From Nitrososphaerota archaeon (GTDB lineage: Archaea > Thermoproteota > Nitrososphaeria_A > Caldarchaeales > Calditenuaceae): a stretch of DNA of 55,298 bases. Below, piece after piece: positions 46,558-55,298 of the stretch. The position numbers and the translations under genes are program-made. Location of the stretch: the NCBI GenBank assembly GCA_033581555.1, contig JAVQSZ010000009.1, positions 1 through 55,298 on the forward strand, in the 5' to 3' direction. Below the pieces are notes generated by a model. The model did no database searches and was not told the DNA's origin. It worked only from the letters and a program-made list of their open reading frames with translations. Position 1 is the first letter of the stretch; each line of letters opens with the position of its first letter.

Positions 46558-47457
46558 TCACACCCTCTCTATCCGCTCGGTACCCCAGATGCCGTAGGGC
46601 CTGAAGAGCATGATGAAGAGCATCACGAGGAGCGGGAAGACCCTTGAGAAGCCGCCGCCGAAGACCTCGTCGAGGTAGTAGGTCGAGTAGACCTCGGCGA
46701 CGCCCACGAAGATCCCTCCGACCACCGCGCCGGGAATGCTGTCGAGGCCGCCGAGGATCACGGCGGGCAGGGCTATCACCCCCAAGTACTCCAGCGAAAG
46801 CCCTACGCCGCCTATATGGGAGGCCAGCAACATCCCTCCGACCATCGACGAGAATATGCCCAACACCCACGCGAAGGCCTGCGCGGTCTTGACCGATATT
46901 CCCATCGCTGTAGCGGCCATGTGGTCCTCCGAGACGGCCCTGAGAGCGGCGCCCATGACGAACCTCTTGTAGAAGACGGCGAGGGCGGCCATGTATGAGA
47001 CCGCTATCGTCGCTCCGATCGCGTACTCGTACGGTATCGCGAAGCCTTCGACGCGAACGGCCGCAGCTCCGAAGAGCCTCGGGACCGGGAGGAAGTTTGT
47101 CCCCCACGTGATCATCACAACCCCTCTGAGGAGGGACGCGAGGGAGAGCGTCACGATGATGAGCGAGAGTATCGGTTCTCCGATGAACTGCCTCAGCACG
47201 ACCCTCTCAATTAGCAGGGCCAGACCGACCCCGCTCAGGAGCGAGAGGACTGCGCCCAGGGCCGGATGGAGGCCGAGCTGCCCGGCGTAGAAGAGCAGGA
47301 GGTAAGCACCGAGCGTCGCGAGCATCCCCTGCGAGAAGTTCACGACCTTCGTTGTCTTGAAGATGATAGCGAGGCTCATCGCCACCAGCGAATACATCAG
47401 CCCCACCAGCAGCCCCGTTGAGAGGAGGTTGACCTGGAGGAGGAGCTGCTGCATCAC
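46558..47457 (-). CDS. Branched-chain-type ABC permease (LivH-like)
   Basis: VVNFSQG, GAALRAVSED, ILGGLDSIPGAVVGG, RPYGIWG. Confidence 0.93.
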   Translation of the reverse strand: MMQQLLLQVNLLSTGLLVGLMYSLVAMSLAIIFKTTKVVNFSQGMLATLGAYLLLFYAGQLGLHPALGAVLSLLSGVGLALLIERVVLRQFIGEPILSLIIVTLSLASLLRGVVMITWGTNFLPVPRLFGAAAVRVEGFAIPYEYAIGATIAVSYMAALAVFYKRFVMGAALRAVSEDHMAATAMGISVKTAQAFAWVLGIFSSMVGGMLLASHIGGVGLSLEYLGVIALPAVILGGLDSIPGAVVGGIFVGVAEVYSTYYLDEVFGGGFSRVFPLLVMLFIMLFRPYGIWGTERIERV

Positions 47458-49427
47458 TCCGCGTCCACCACCCTGAGCCTGTAGGAGACCTGCGCCTCAC
47501 GTCCGTCCTTGTACCTGAGCGTGTAGTAGACCGGACCCTCAGCCGCGCCGGAGTAGATCGCGTCGATCAGGTCCTTGTACCTCATGTTGATGACCCGCCT
47601 CCTGAGCTTCCTGGTCCTGGTCAACTCGTCGTCGTCGGGGTCGAACTCCTTCGTCAGCAGGACGAACCTCCTCACCTTCATGTGGTCTGGTAGGGTCGCG
47701 TTGACGTCCTTTACGCCCCTCCTGATCAGCTCGATCACCTCGGGCTTCTGGGCAAGGTCCGGGTAGCCTGCGAAGGATATCCCCCTCGCCTCCGCCCACT
47801 CGCTGACAGTCTCGTAGCGGATCGCGATCAGTGCCGCGAGCCAGTCCCTGCCCTCGCCGATGACGCAGGCCTCCTTGATGTACGGGTAGAACTTCAGCTT
47901 GGTCTCGATGTAGATAGGGGGTACCCTCCTTCCGTCGGCCATCGTGATGACGTCCTCGATCCTGTCGTAGTAGACAAGATTCCCGTCCTCTTCGATGTGT
48001 CCGAAGTCGCCCGTATGGAACCAGCCCTCCTCATCGATCGTCTCAGCGGTCTTCTTCGCGTCCATCCAGTAGCCCTTCATCACCATCGGGCCCCTACAGA
48101 TTATCTCGCCCTCCTCGGATATCCCGATCTCCATCCCGGCGATCGGCGTCCCGACGGTGTGGTACTTCTTCCTCCTCACGATGTCCTCCTCCCTGTGGAG
48201 ACAGACGATCCCCACCATCTCGGTCATCCCCCAGATCTGCTTCAGCGGGATGCCCAGGGCCCTGAAGTACCTGAAGTGTTCTTGGCCTATCGGGGCTCCG
48301 CCGGTATAGGCCTTCTTCACCCTCTTCAGCCCCAGCTTATCGAGTATCGGCCTGTAGACTATCCAGTAGAACAACCTGTGGAGGAACTTGTAGTAAGCGG
48401 AGTCGGGATCGTCGACGTACCTGTATCCGACGTCTATCGCCAGCCTGTAGAACAGCCTCTTCAGGTAGGTGGAGTCCTGGATCCTGCTCTCGATCTCACC
48501 GTGCCACGCCTCGTACCATCTGGGCGAGGTGAAGACGATCTCGGGGCCGATTTCCCTGAAGTCCCTCATCAGCGTCTCCGGCTCCTCAGGGAAGTTGATC
48601 ACGTACCCGTTGACCAGCGCGCCCACGCTCATCATCTGCTCACCGATCCATGCCATGGGCAGGAAGGAGAAGTAGTCGGAGCCCTCTGGTGCGCCATCGA
48701 CCGCGGCCAGTCCCCTCGCCTGGCTGATGTAGTTCCTGTGGGTTAGCGTGGCCCTCTTCGGGATTCCCGTGGTTCCGGACGTCGAGACCAGCATCGCGGG
48801 GTCGTCGGCCTTACCCCTCTCGAGCTCCTCCTCGACCGCCTCCCTCCCCTCGCTACCCAGCGAGAGGACCTCCTCGAAGGAGATGATCTTCGGGTTGTCC
48901 CTGTCCTTGTACCTGAACATGCCCTTCGGGTCCCTGTAGACTATGTACTCCAGGTACGGCATCTCGTCGGCCCTCATCAGGACCTTGTCGACCTGCTCCT
49001 GGTCCTCAGCGAAGATCACCGGCGCCCTCATCAGGTTCATCTGCGTTGCGATCTCGTGGGGTAGTGAGTCGGCGTAGATCGCCCCTCCTATGCCTCCCAA
49101 CGACTGCGCGGCCATCCACGTCCAGAACTGATGAGGTCTGTTGTCCCCGATCGTCGCGACCACAGTCCCCCTCTTCACTGCTCCGAGGACCTTCAGACCG
49201 GCGGCGTAACGCATGACGATGTCGTATACCTCGGACCAGGTGTACTCCCTCCACACTCCGAGCCTCTTCCACCTCTGCGCGACCTTCGAGCCGGACTTCA
49301 TCGCACGCTCCCTCAGGAGCTTCGGCAGCGTCTCCCAGTCCATCACCTGTGGCGGTTCCCCTTCGCCCTTGACGGACTTGACGACCTTCGGGGCCTTCCT
49401 CCTCTGGACTACCTCCTCCTGCGACAC
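47454..49427 (-). CDS. Long-chain fatty-acid-CoA ligase (FAA1-like)
   Basis: TSGTTGIPK, LPMAWIGEQ, WGMTE, GWFHTGD, ELTRTRKLRR. Confidence 0.92.
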   Translation of the reverse strand: MSQEEVVQRRKAPKVVKSVKGEGEPPQVMDWETLPKLLRERAMKSGSKVAQRWKRLGVWREYTWSEVYDIVMRYAAGLKVLGAVKRGTVVATIGDNRPHQFWTWMAAQSLGGIGGAIYADSLPHEIATQMNLMRAPVIFAEDQEQVDKVLMRADEMPYLEYIVYRDPKGMFRYKDRDNPKIISFEEVLSLGSEGREAVEEELERGKADDPAMLVSTSGTTGIPKRATLTHRNYISQARGLAAVDGAPEGSDYFSFLPMAWIGEQMMSVGALVNGYVINFPEEPETLMRDFREIGPEIVFTSPRWYEAWHGEIESRIQDSTYLKRLFYRLAIDVGYRYVDDPDSAYYKFLHRLFYWIVYRPILDKLGLKRVKKAYTGGAPIGQEHFRYFRALGIPLKQIWGMTEMVGIVCLHREEDIVRRKKYHTVGTPIAGMEIGISEEGEIICRGPMVMKGYWMDAKKTAETIDEEGWFHTGDFGHIEEDGNLVYYDRIEDVITMADGRRVPPIYIETKLKFYPYIKEACVIGEGRDWLAALIAIRYETVSEWAEARGISFAGYPDLAQKPEVIELIRRGVKDVNATLPDHMKVRRFVLLTKEFDPDDDELTRTRKLRRRVINMRYKDLIDAIYSGAAEGPVYYTLRYKDGREAQVSYRLRVVDAE

Positions 49428-49430
49428 GGC

Positions 49431-50204
49431 CTACACCCCCAGGTACGCCTCGACCACTTTCGGGGCCGCCGCGATCTCAGCCGGAGACCCGTCAGCGATG
49501 ACTTGGCCCTGGTGCATCACGACGATCCTCGGGCATACCTCCATGACCACCTTGAGGTCGTGCTCGACGAGGACCACCGTCACACCTCGCTCCTCGTTGA
49601 TGTCCAGGATGAACCTGACCATGTCGTACTTCTCGTCGAAGGTGAGCCCGGACATGACCTCGTCTAAGAGGAGGAGCCTCGGGTTGAGGGCGAGGGCCCT
49701 CGCCAGCTCGACTCGCCTCTGCAGGCCCAGCGGGAGGTTGATGACGTGCGAGTTCCTGTACTCCCAGAGCTCGAGGAAGTCTATGACCTCCTCGGCCCAC
49801 TCGTAGATATTCTGCTCCTCCTTCGAGCCGGGGCCGAACCAGACGAACTTCTTGAGCACGGAGAACGGGTCTAGCCTCGCGAACGCGGAGTAGGCCGCCC
49901 TGACGTTCTCGAGGACCGTCTCGTGCTTGTAGAGCTGAACGTTCTGGAAGGTCCTCCCTATGCCCATCCTCGCCCTCACGTGGGGCGGCAGTTTGGTGAC
50001 GTCGAGCCCGTCAAACAGGATCGTCCCTGACTGCGGCTTGTAGAAGCCGTTCACGCAATTAATGAGAGAGGTCTTCCCCGCGCCGTTGGGCCCTATGATC
50101 GCAACCCGCTCCCCCTCCCTAATCCTCAGGGACGCGTTGTCGACGGCCCTCACCTTCCCGAAGCTCAGGCTCAGGTTCCTGACCTCTAGGGACGCTCCCG
50201 GCAT
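49431..50204 (-). CDS. ABC ATPase (LivG-like)
   Basis: GPNGAGKTS, RTFQN, LLLDE, VEHD, EAYLG; TAATG overlap with the upstream ATPase. Confidence 0.93.
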   Translation of the reverse strand: MPGASLEVRNLSLSFGKVRAVDNASLRIREGERVAIIGPNGAGKTSLINCVNGFYKPQSGTILFDGLDVTKLPPHVRARMGIGRTFQNVQLYKHETVLENVRAAYSAFARLDPFSVLKKFVWFGPGSKEEQNIYEWAEEVIDFLELWEYRNSHVINLPLGLQRRVELARALALNPRLLLLDEVMSGLTFDEKYDMVRFILDINEERGVTVVLVEHDLKVVMEVCPRIVVMHQGQVIADGSPAEIAAAPKVVEAYLGV

Positions 50205-51034
50205 TAGACCCACCTCCTCCTGATCTTCCAGTGCTTGACGACCGCGTAGCTCCTCTCGCCCTCCCTAGAGAGGCCGAGGTAGAACTCCTTCATCTCCTCC
50301 TTCTGGGCGAGCTCGTGCGGCATCCCGGCCATCGCGACCCTGCCGTTCTCGATGACGTAGACGTAATCGGAGATGCCCATCACGGACCTCGCGTTCTGGT
50401 CGGCGAGTATTATCGATATACCCTCGTTGTCCCGGAGTTGGGTGACGGTCTTGAAGATCGAGGCCACGACCCTCGGCGCGAGACCCAGGCTCGGCTCGTC
50501 GAGGAGCAGGAGCTTCGGCCTCATGAGGAGCGCCCTGCCGATGACCAGCATCTGCTGCTCGCCGCCGCTGACGTAACCCGCCCTGACCTTCCTCAGCTCC
50601 TTGAGTCTCGGGAAGTAGTTGTAGACGAGGTCGAAGTCATGCTCGCTGGGCGGAAGCCTCTTGCCCCTGGAGTAAAGCCCGGTCATGAGGTTCTCCTCGA
50701 CCGTGAGCTCGGCGAAGACTTTCCTGCCCTCCATCACGTGGACTATCCCCATCCTGCTGAGCCTCTCGGGGTCCGAGTTCTCGATCCGCTGGCCCTCGAA
50801 CTCGATCGTGCCGCGCCTCACCTCCCCGCGCTCGAGCTTGATTAACCCGGAGATCGACTTCAGGGTCGTGCTCTTCCCCGCGCCGTTCGGGCCCACGAGG
50901 CCCACTATGCTGCCCCTATCGACGCTCATGGAGATCCCCTTGACCGCGAGGGAGTACTTGTCGTAGACGACCTCTACGCTGTTGAGGGAAAGGAACTGAC
51001 TAGAGGGTGAGTGTGAAAAAATCTGAGGACTCAA
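50204..51034 (-). CDS. ABC ATPase (LivF-like)
   Basis: GPNGAGKSTT, SGGEQQML, LLDEPSLGLAP, FYLG. Confidence 0.93.
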   Translation of the reverse strand: MSPQIFSHSPSSQFLSLNSVEVVYDKYSLAVKGISMSVDRGSIVGLVGPNGAGKSTTLKSISGLIKLERGEVRRGTIEFEGQRIENSDPERLSRMGIVHVMEGRKVFAELTVEENLMTGLYSRGKRLPPSEHDFDLVYNYFPRLKELRKVRAGYVSGGEQQMLVIGRALLMRPKLLLLDEPSLGLAPRVVASIFKTVTQLRDNEGISIILADQNARSVMGISDYVYVIENGRVAMAGMPHELAQKEEMKEFYLGLSREGERSYAVVKHWKIRRRWV

Positions 51035-51043
51035 TTCCTGAGG

Positions 51044-52321
51044 TCACCAGCCGAGCCACTCGGCCTTCCTCTCGAGGGTCACCTTGCCCGCGAGCTCGAA
51101 CTCGCCCCTCGCGTTGATCCTGTAGACGAAGACGCTCATCATCGGCCTCCTGTCCTCCGGCGTGTAGGTGATGGGCTCCGCCAGAATCCCCGAGAGCGGG
51201 CTGAAGTCCCAGTTCCTGATGCTGGTCAGGGCCTTCCATACGTTCTCGCCAGTTACGGGCTCGCCCCTCTCGATGACCGTCCTCAACGCCTTGTAGAGGA
51301 CGTTGACGTTAGCCCATCCCCTGACGTACGCGGCGTTTAAGTCCGCGGGACCGCGTCCCTTCTGCTTCGCCCATTCCCTGATGGTCCTCGCCCCAGGCGT
51401 ATCTCCCCTCTCGATGTCGGGGGAGTAGACGGATATCGACGAGAGGTAGTAGTTCCCAGACGACGCCTCCGGATTGGCCCGGAAGTACGCCTCGTTCCCT
51501 CCCCAGACGTTCACGAATACGGGTGCCGTCAACCCGACCTTCTTCGCGTCCCTCATGATGACCAGGGTGCTGGCCGCTGTGCCTCCCGCCCAGATGAAGT
51601 CGGCACCGCATTCCTTGAACTTGAGCATCTGCGACGTCGCGTCGACCGCGGCTAGCTCAACTATCTGGTCGGGGCAGAGCTCAGCCCCGAGGATCTTTGC
51701 CATGTCCTTAATCGCGGGGATCGGAGTGGTTCCGTACGGCACGTTCGGGTAGGCGAGCCCGAGCTTCGGAGGCCTCGGCGGCCTGCCGCCGTGCATCTGG
51801 TTCCAGAGGTCGACCGCGAACTTCACGAAGGCCCTGCCCTGGCTCGAGTAGTCCGTCTGCGGGAAGAAGTTGTACGCCGTCTCCTTCTTCATCAGCTCGC
51901 CGCTGTAGGAGGCGGAGATGTAGGGTATCTTGTCGGCATGGACGGTGGGCGCTAGGGCCAGCGTGTCGCCGGTTCCCCATCCGATGACCGCGACCACGCC
52001 GAGCGCCTTGAACCTGCTGTACGCCGCCTGCGCCTCCGGTATCTTGTAGCTGTAGTCGACCCAAGCGAGGTCAACCTTGTACCCCTGCGGCAGCGGGTAG
52101 TTCTTCTCGAACCACTCGTGGGCGTCTAGGGCTCCGAGGCAGTACGGCTTCCCGACGTCCGAGGTCGCGCCGGTCAAGTCGCAGATCATCCCGACCTTGA
52201 TCACCTTCGCCTGTTGAGCCGGGCCGGTCGGCGCCGCTTGCTGCTGCATCAAGACGAAGGCCACCGCGACGGCAGCTACCACTACCACGATGGCTCCTAC
52301 CAGCAGTGCCCTGCCCTTCAT
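51044..52321 (-). CDS. ABC substrate-binding protein (LivJ/PBP1 type)
   Basis: N-terminal TM anchor, KVGMICDLTGATSDVG, IGWGTGDT; ATG at 52321. Confidence 0.92.
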   Translation of the reverse strand: MKGRALLVGAIVVVVAAVAVAFVLMQQQAAPTGPAQQAKVIKVGMICDLTGATSDVGKPYCLGALDAHEWFEKNYPLPQGYKVDLAWVDYSYKIPEAQAAYSRFKALGVVAVIGWGTGDTLALAPTVHADKIPYISASYSGELMKKETAYNFFPQTDYSSQGRAFVKFAVDLWNQMHGGRPPRPPKLGLAYPNVPYGTTPIPAIKDMAKILGAELCPDQIVELAAVDATSQMLKFKECGADFIWAGGTAASTLVIMRDAKKVGLTAPVFVNVWGGNEAYFRANPEASSGNYYLSSISVYSPDIERGDTPGARTIREWAKQKGRGPADLNAAYVRGWANVNVLYKALRTVIERGEPVTGENVWKALTSIRNWDFSPLSGILAEPITYTPEDRRPMMSVFVYRINARGEFELAGKVTLERKAEWLGW

Positions 52322-52355
52322 GAGCGGTTCTCCGTATATTAGTGTGAGCAATAAG

Positions 52356-52387
52356 GTTTTTATTAGATAAACTGGATTGATTATCCA
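52356..52387 (-). promoter_or_regulatory. AT-rich promoter with a TGGAT-N5-ATCCA inverted repeat
   Basis: TAATAAAA box on the minus strand; palindrome at 52373-52387 just upstream. Confidence 0.45.
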
Positions 52388-52454
52388 ATATAAAATCAAA
52401 TCCTTCAACGCTGAAGGTCCGCCCTTATCCATTTGGTTCACGGAAACTGGCGCC

Positions 52455-52697
52455 TCAGACCCGGCCCGCCCTAGGCGTTCGCATTACGCGAAGGTACCAA
52501 AACTGGCCCAGGACGATCAACCAGACAGCCCAGACCGCGAACAGGGCCAGTGAGATCGCCAACCTCATCAGGCTCGCCGACGGAGACCTCTCGCTCTCGA
52601 GCGCGGCCACCACGAGCCCGATCGCCGAGAGGAGCAGCAGGAGGCTCAGCCACACGATCGCGACGAGGGCGACCAGCTTGAGGACCTGCCCCATCAA
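52455..52697 (-). CDS. Small 2-TM membrane protein
   Basis: Two hydrophobic helices, directly downstream of the GT4-like gene. Confidence 0.6.
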   Translation of the reverse strand: MMGQVLKLVALVAIVWLSLLLLLSAIGLVVAALESERSPSASLMRLAISLALFAVWAVWLIVLGQFWYLRVMRTPRAGRV

Positions 52698-52713
52698 CGC
52701 GGGCGCTCACCGG

Positions 52714-53691
52714 TCAGAGGTGAAGCGTGATCAGGGCCAGGGCGCAGGAGAACGCCGTGACAGCGCCGATTCCCAGCGATGCCCGCCTCTCGTCGAGGTC
52801 TCCTCCCGCGGCGAGCATCCTCACGAGGGTGAGCGGAGCAGAGACGTCGGGGTTGTCCCTGATGACACCACCGAGGACGAGTATCGGCCTCTTCACGACG
52901 TTCTTCCCGGACTTCAGGCCGCCCATCGAGGCGATGATGAAGGCCTCGTTCAGGATCGCGGGCAGAAGGGCCACGAGGAGGAAGACCTCGAGACCGGCCG
53001 TGACCGCTAGCGTGAGGAACGCCGACGCCACGAGGTTGCTCCCGACGTTGCCGCTGAACGTCCTCGCGGGGTACCAGTTGTAGTAGAGGAACCCGAGAGA
53101 GGCACCTAGCAGAGCCGCCGCGACCACCTGCAGGTCTTGAGGTCCCCTGAGCGCCAGAGCGGCCAGGAAGGAGCACGACATCGACACGGCGAAGAGCGCC
53201 AAAGACCCGTTGACGACGTCGACGCTGTTCACCGCGTTCGCGACGACGGAGTAAGCAGCCACTAGGATCAAGGGGTATAGGATCGTCAGCCGGACCCTCC
53301 CGACTATAGGGAGAACGGGGTGCGGGTCGTAAGCTCCCAGCAGCACCACGACCACGCCAGGCACGGCCAGGAGCACCGGCTTGACGTAGGGGTTCAGCTC
53401 CCTGAAGTCCTCGAACAGCCCGATCGCGGCGGACAGCGCGGGAACCGAGGTCAGCGCGAGGAGTCGGTCCGAGGGCAGGTCCGGTGCGAAGACGAGAACC
53501 GCGGCGGTGTACGCGGCCGCCATCCCCAGTCCCCCTATTTTCGGCACATAGACCTCGTACGGCTTGTGGACGTCCTTGCCCTTTAGGCCCAATCTTTCCC
53601 CGAGGATCATCGAGAGCCTCACGAGGACGAGTGAGGCGGCGACAGAAGCCATCAGCGAGATCATCAGCTGCGTCGGACCCGCGATCGACAT
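52714..53691 (-). CDS. Polyprenyl-phosphate HexNAc-1-P transferase (AglH/GPT/MraY family)
   Basis: GKDVHKP...PKIGG, NAVNSVDVVNG, YNWYPARTFSGNVGS. Confidence 0.85.
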   Translation of the reverse strand: MSIAGPTQLMISLMASVAASLVLVRLSMILGERLGLKGKDVHKPYEVYVPKIGGLGMAAAYTAAVLVFAPDLPSDRLLALTSVPALSAAIGLFEDFRELNPYVKPVLLAVPGVVVVLLGAYDPHPVLPIVGRVRLTILYPLILVAAYSVVANAVNSVDVVNGSLALFAVSMSCSFLAALALRGPQDLQVVAAALLGASLGFLYYNWYPARTFSGNVGSNLVASAFLTLAVTAGLEVFLLVALLPAILNEAFIIASMGGLKSGKNVVKRPILVLGGVIRDNPDVSAPLTLVRMLAAGGDLDERRASLGIGAVTAFSCALALITLHL

Positions 53692-53810
53692 CCTCAGGTC
53701 GAGCTCCTTCTCCGTATATCTACCCTGCTAGCTCCGGCTCAACTCTTCGCGGAGTGCCGTGGGTCTGACGGGTTTAAATCTCGGATCGAATTAGAGAACC
53801 AGAAAGGGGT

Positions 53811-54095
53811 ATGGCAAGGACTTGGATATACCTTGCGGTCTTCGGCGCCCTCGTCGCGCTGACGGTGCTCGAGCTCGTCATCTTCTTCCAGCCGCTGCCG
53901 AGGGCCGTCGTGGACGCCTCTATAGTCCTGTTGGCGGGAGGGAAGGCCGCGCTGATCGCTCTGTTCTTCATGCACCTGGCCTACGAGCCCAGGTCCCTAG
54001 CCAGCCTCTCGCTGCTCGGGATCGGTGCGGTGGTCGCGTTCCTGCTGCTGAGCGTCCTCTCGCTGATCGGGGTGCAACTAATCCCGATCAGGTGA
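53811..54095 (+). CDS. Cytochrome c oxidase subunit IV family protein
   Basis: Three TM helices, LTVLE, KAALIALFFMHLAYE; TTTAAA upstream. Confidence 0.85.
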   Translation: MARTWIYLAVFGALVALTVLELVIFFQPLPRAVVDASIVLLAGGKAALIALFFMHLAYEPRSLASLSLLGIGAVVAFLLLSVLSLIGVQLIPIR

Positions 54096-54101
54096 GGAGG
54101 G

Positions 54102-54194
54102 GTGAGCAGCACAGCCCTCGTCTCGCTGGTCTCCTCGGTATTGGGCGCGCTGGTCATAGTCCTCTTGATGCTGAGGCTTACCGGTGTCATCTGA
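54102..54194 (+). CDS. Putative 30-aa single-TM microprotein
   Basis: GGTGAGGAGG SD then GTG; MSSTALVSLVSSVLGALVIVLLMLRLTGVI; fills the gap between two genes. Confidence 0.55.
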   Translation: MSSTALVSLVSSVLGALVIVLLMLRLTGVI

Positions 54195-55233
54195 CCGGCA
54201 CTTGAGGCCCGAGTACGCGGCAGAGCGCACGCTGACCCCCTCAGCTACCTACGCCCAGACGGTCAGGGTGGTCATGCCGAGGCATGCCAACCCGATAGGC
54301 TTCCTCTTCGGCGGCAACATGCTCAGCTGGATCGTCGAGTCGAGCACGTCGGCGGCGATAAGCGCGGCTGCAGGCCGCGGCGAGGTCGTGCTTGGGTTCA
54401 TGGACGACATGCACTTCATCAACCCGATCACCGTGGGGAGCGTCCTCGTGCTCAGGAGCTGGGTCGGTCACATCGGTCGCTCCTCCGTGACGGTATTCAC
54501 CGAGGCACTGCTCCGGAGGCCCGCGGGCACCTACATCGCCGCCTCCTTCGCTCGGACGGTCTACGTCTGCATCGGCCCGGACCTCAGACCGCAACCGCTC
54601 AACGCGAAAATGGAGTGGCGGGAGGACTGGGAGAGGGAGGTAGTGGTGCGCGCTGAAGCGTGGAGGAGGGGCGTCGAGCTGGTCCTCGAGTCAGGCCCCG
54701 CTCCGCCGAAGGGCAGGGTCAGACACGAGCTCGTCAGTTACAGGAGGATAGCGCCGGAGGACACGTTCACCTCCGAGCTCATGTTCGCGGGCAGGCTCCT
54801 TCAGTTCATGGACGAGCTCGCCGGGATCCTCGCCTTCGGGTACGCAGAGGGGCTAGTGGTGACTGCGTCGGTCGACCAGACTTCGTTCAGCTCACCGGTG
54901 AAGGTCGGTGACACGCTGAAGCTCGTCGCGAGGTTGACCAGGGTCTGGAGGAGCTCGATGGAGGTCGAGTGCGACGCGCTGGTCGTGAAGGGCGAGGAGG
55001 AGCGTCCGGTCTCCACGTCCTACTTCACGTTCGTGGGAGTCGACGTCAGCGGCCGCCCGCGAGAAGTGCCGCCTTACGTTCCTGTCTCCCCGGAGGAGCT
55101 CGAGGTCTGGGAGGAGGCCGGCTCCCGGAGGGAGCGGAGGAGGGCCTCCCTCAACCGACTCGAGGCGATAAGACACCGCGAGTTTCGTCTGGAGCCCGGA
55201 TCTGCCCAACCCGTCCTGATCAACCTCTTCTAG
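54184..55233 (+). CDS. Double hotdog-fold acyl-CoA thioesterase
   Basis: HANPIGFLFGG and MFAGRLLQFMDE; VVTASVD..F..PVKVGD; RSSMEV. Confidence 0.9.
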   Translation: MSSDRHLRPEYAAERTLTPSATYAQTVRVVMPRHANPIGFLFGGNMLSWIVESSTSAAISAAAGRGEVVLGFMDDMHFINPITVGSVLVLRSWVGHIGRSSVTVFTEALLRRPAGTYIAASFARTVYVCIGPDLRPQPLNAKMEWREDWEREVVVRAEAWRRGVELVLESGPAPPKGRVRHELVSYRRIAPEDTFTSELMFAGRLLQFMDELAGILAFGYAEGLVVTASVDQTSFSSPVKVGDTLKLVARLTRVWRSSMEVECDALVVKGEEERPVSTSYFTFVGVDVSGRPREVPPYVPVSPEELEVWEEAGSRRERRRASLNRLEAIRHREFRLEPGSAQPVLINLF

Positions 55234-55253
55234 GCCGGACCCACGCAACAGAA

Positions 55254-55298
55254 CGGGCCCGCCCGGATTCGAACCGGGGATCTGCGGCTTAGGAGGCC
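55254..55298 (-). tRNA. tRNA-Arg(CCU), 5'-truncated by the window edge
   Basis: GGC-CTCCTAA-GCC anticodon arm, CCCGG-TTCGAAT-CCGGG T arm, CGGGCCC-G 3' acceptor strand. Confidence 0.88.

Noticed and set aside
46556-47107. Long N-terminal extension of the LivM ORF (532 aa)
   Set aside because: Alternate frame of the LivH gene; the real start is MPCG at 46555
1-55298. Many long antisense and alternate-frame ORFs (e.g. 8025-9053, 22634-23776, 33344-34390, 40185-41483)
   Set aside because: Shadows of high-GC coding genes; R/P/G-biased, no motifs, and they overlap well-supported CDSs
1-55298. CRISPR arrays, transposases, integrases, rRNA
   Set aside because: No regularly spaced repeats, recombinase or transposase motifs, or long non-coding stretches were seen

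Overview
GC-rich archaeal chromosomal window, densely coding, with no CRISPR array, transposase or integrase seen. Gene content points to an aerobic thermophilic TACK archaeon, probably Aigarchaeota/Caldarchaeales (inference from the TFE-beta gene, a thaumarchaeal-type hypothetical protein, a non-canonical tRNA intron and leaderless TATA promoters). Respiration genes: heme-copper oxidase subunit II and a fused subunit I+III, heme o synthase, a distant subunit IV, a membrane-anchored cupredoxin and a split-barrel-MenA fusion. Other genes: carAB and an ArcE-like arginine synthetase, acs, valS, a stand-alone rps12, hjc, a DtxR-regulated metal ABC module lacking its permease, a Liv-type ABC/acyl-CoA ligase cluster, AglH-like and ribophorin-I-like glycosylation genes. 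RNA genes: an intron-containing tRNA-Ile, a partial tRNA-Arg and two candidate box C/D sRNAs. The best candidate for an undescribed system is a pair of paralogous ~490-aa 12-TM proteins with His motifs in helices II, VI and X, the 3x4-TM layout of the heme-copper oxidase fold, but without canonical oxidase motifs. Both sit behind AT-rich promoters, and the first shares a motif with the promoter of a third His-bearing membrane-protein operon. All family calls come from reading motifs by eye; no searches were run.
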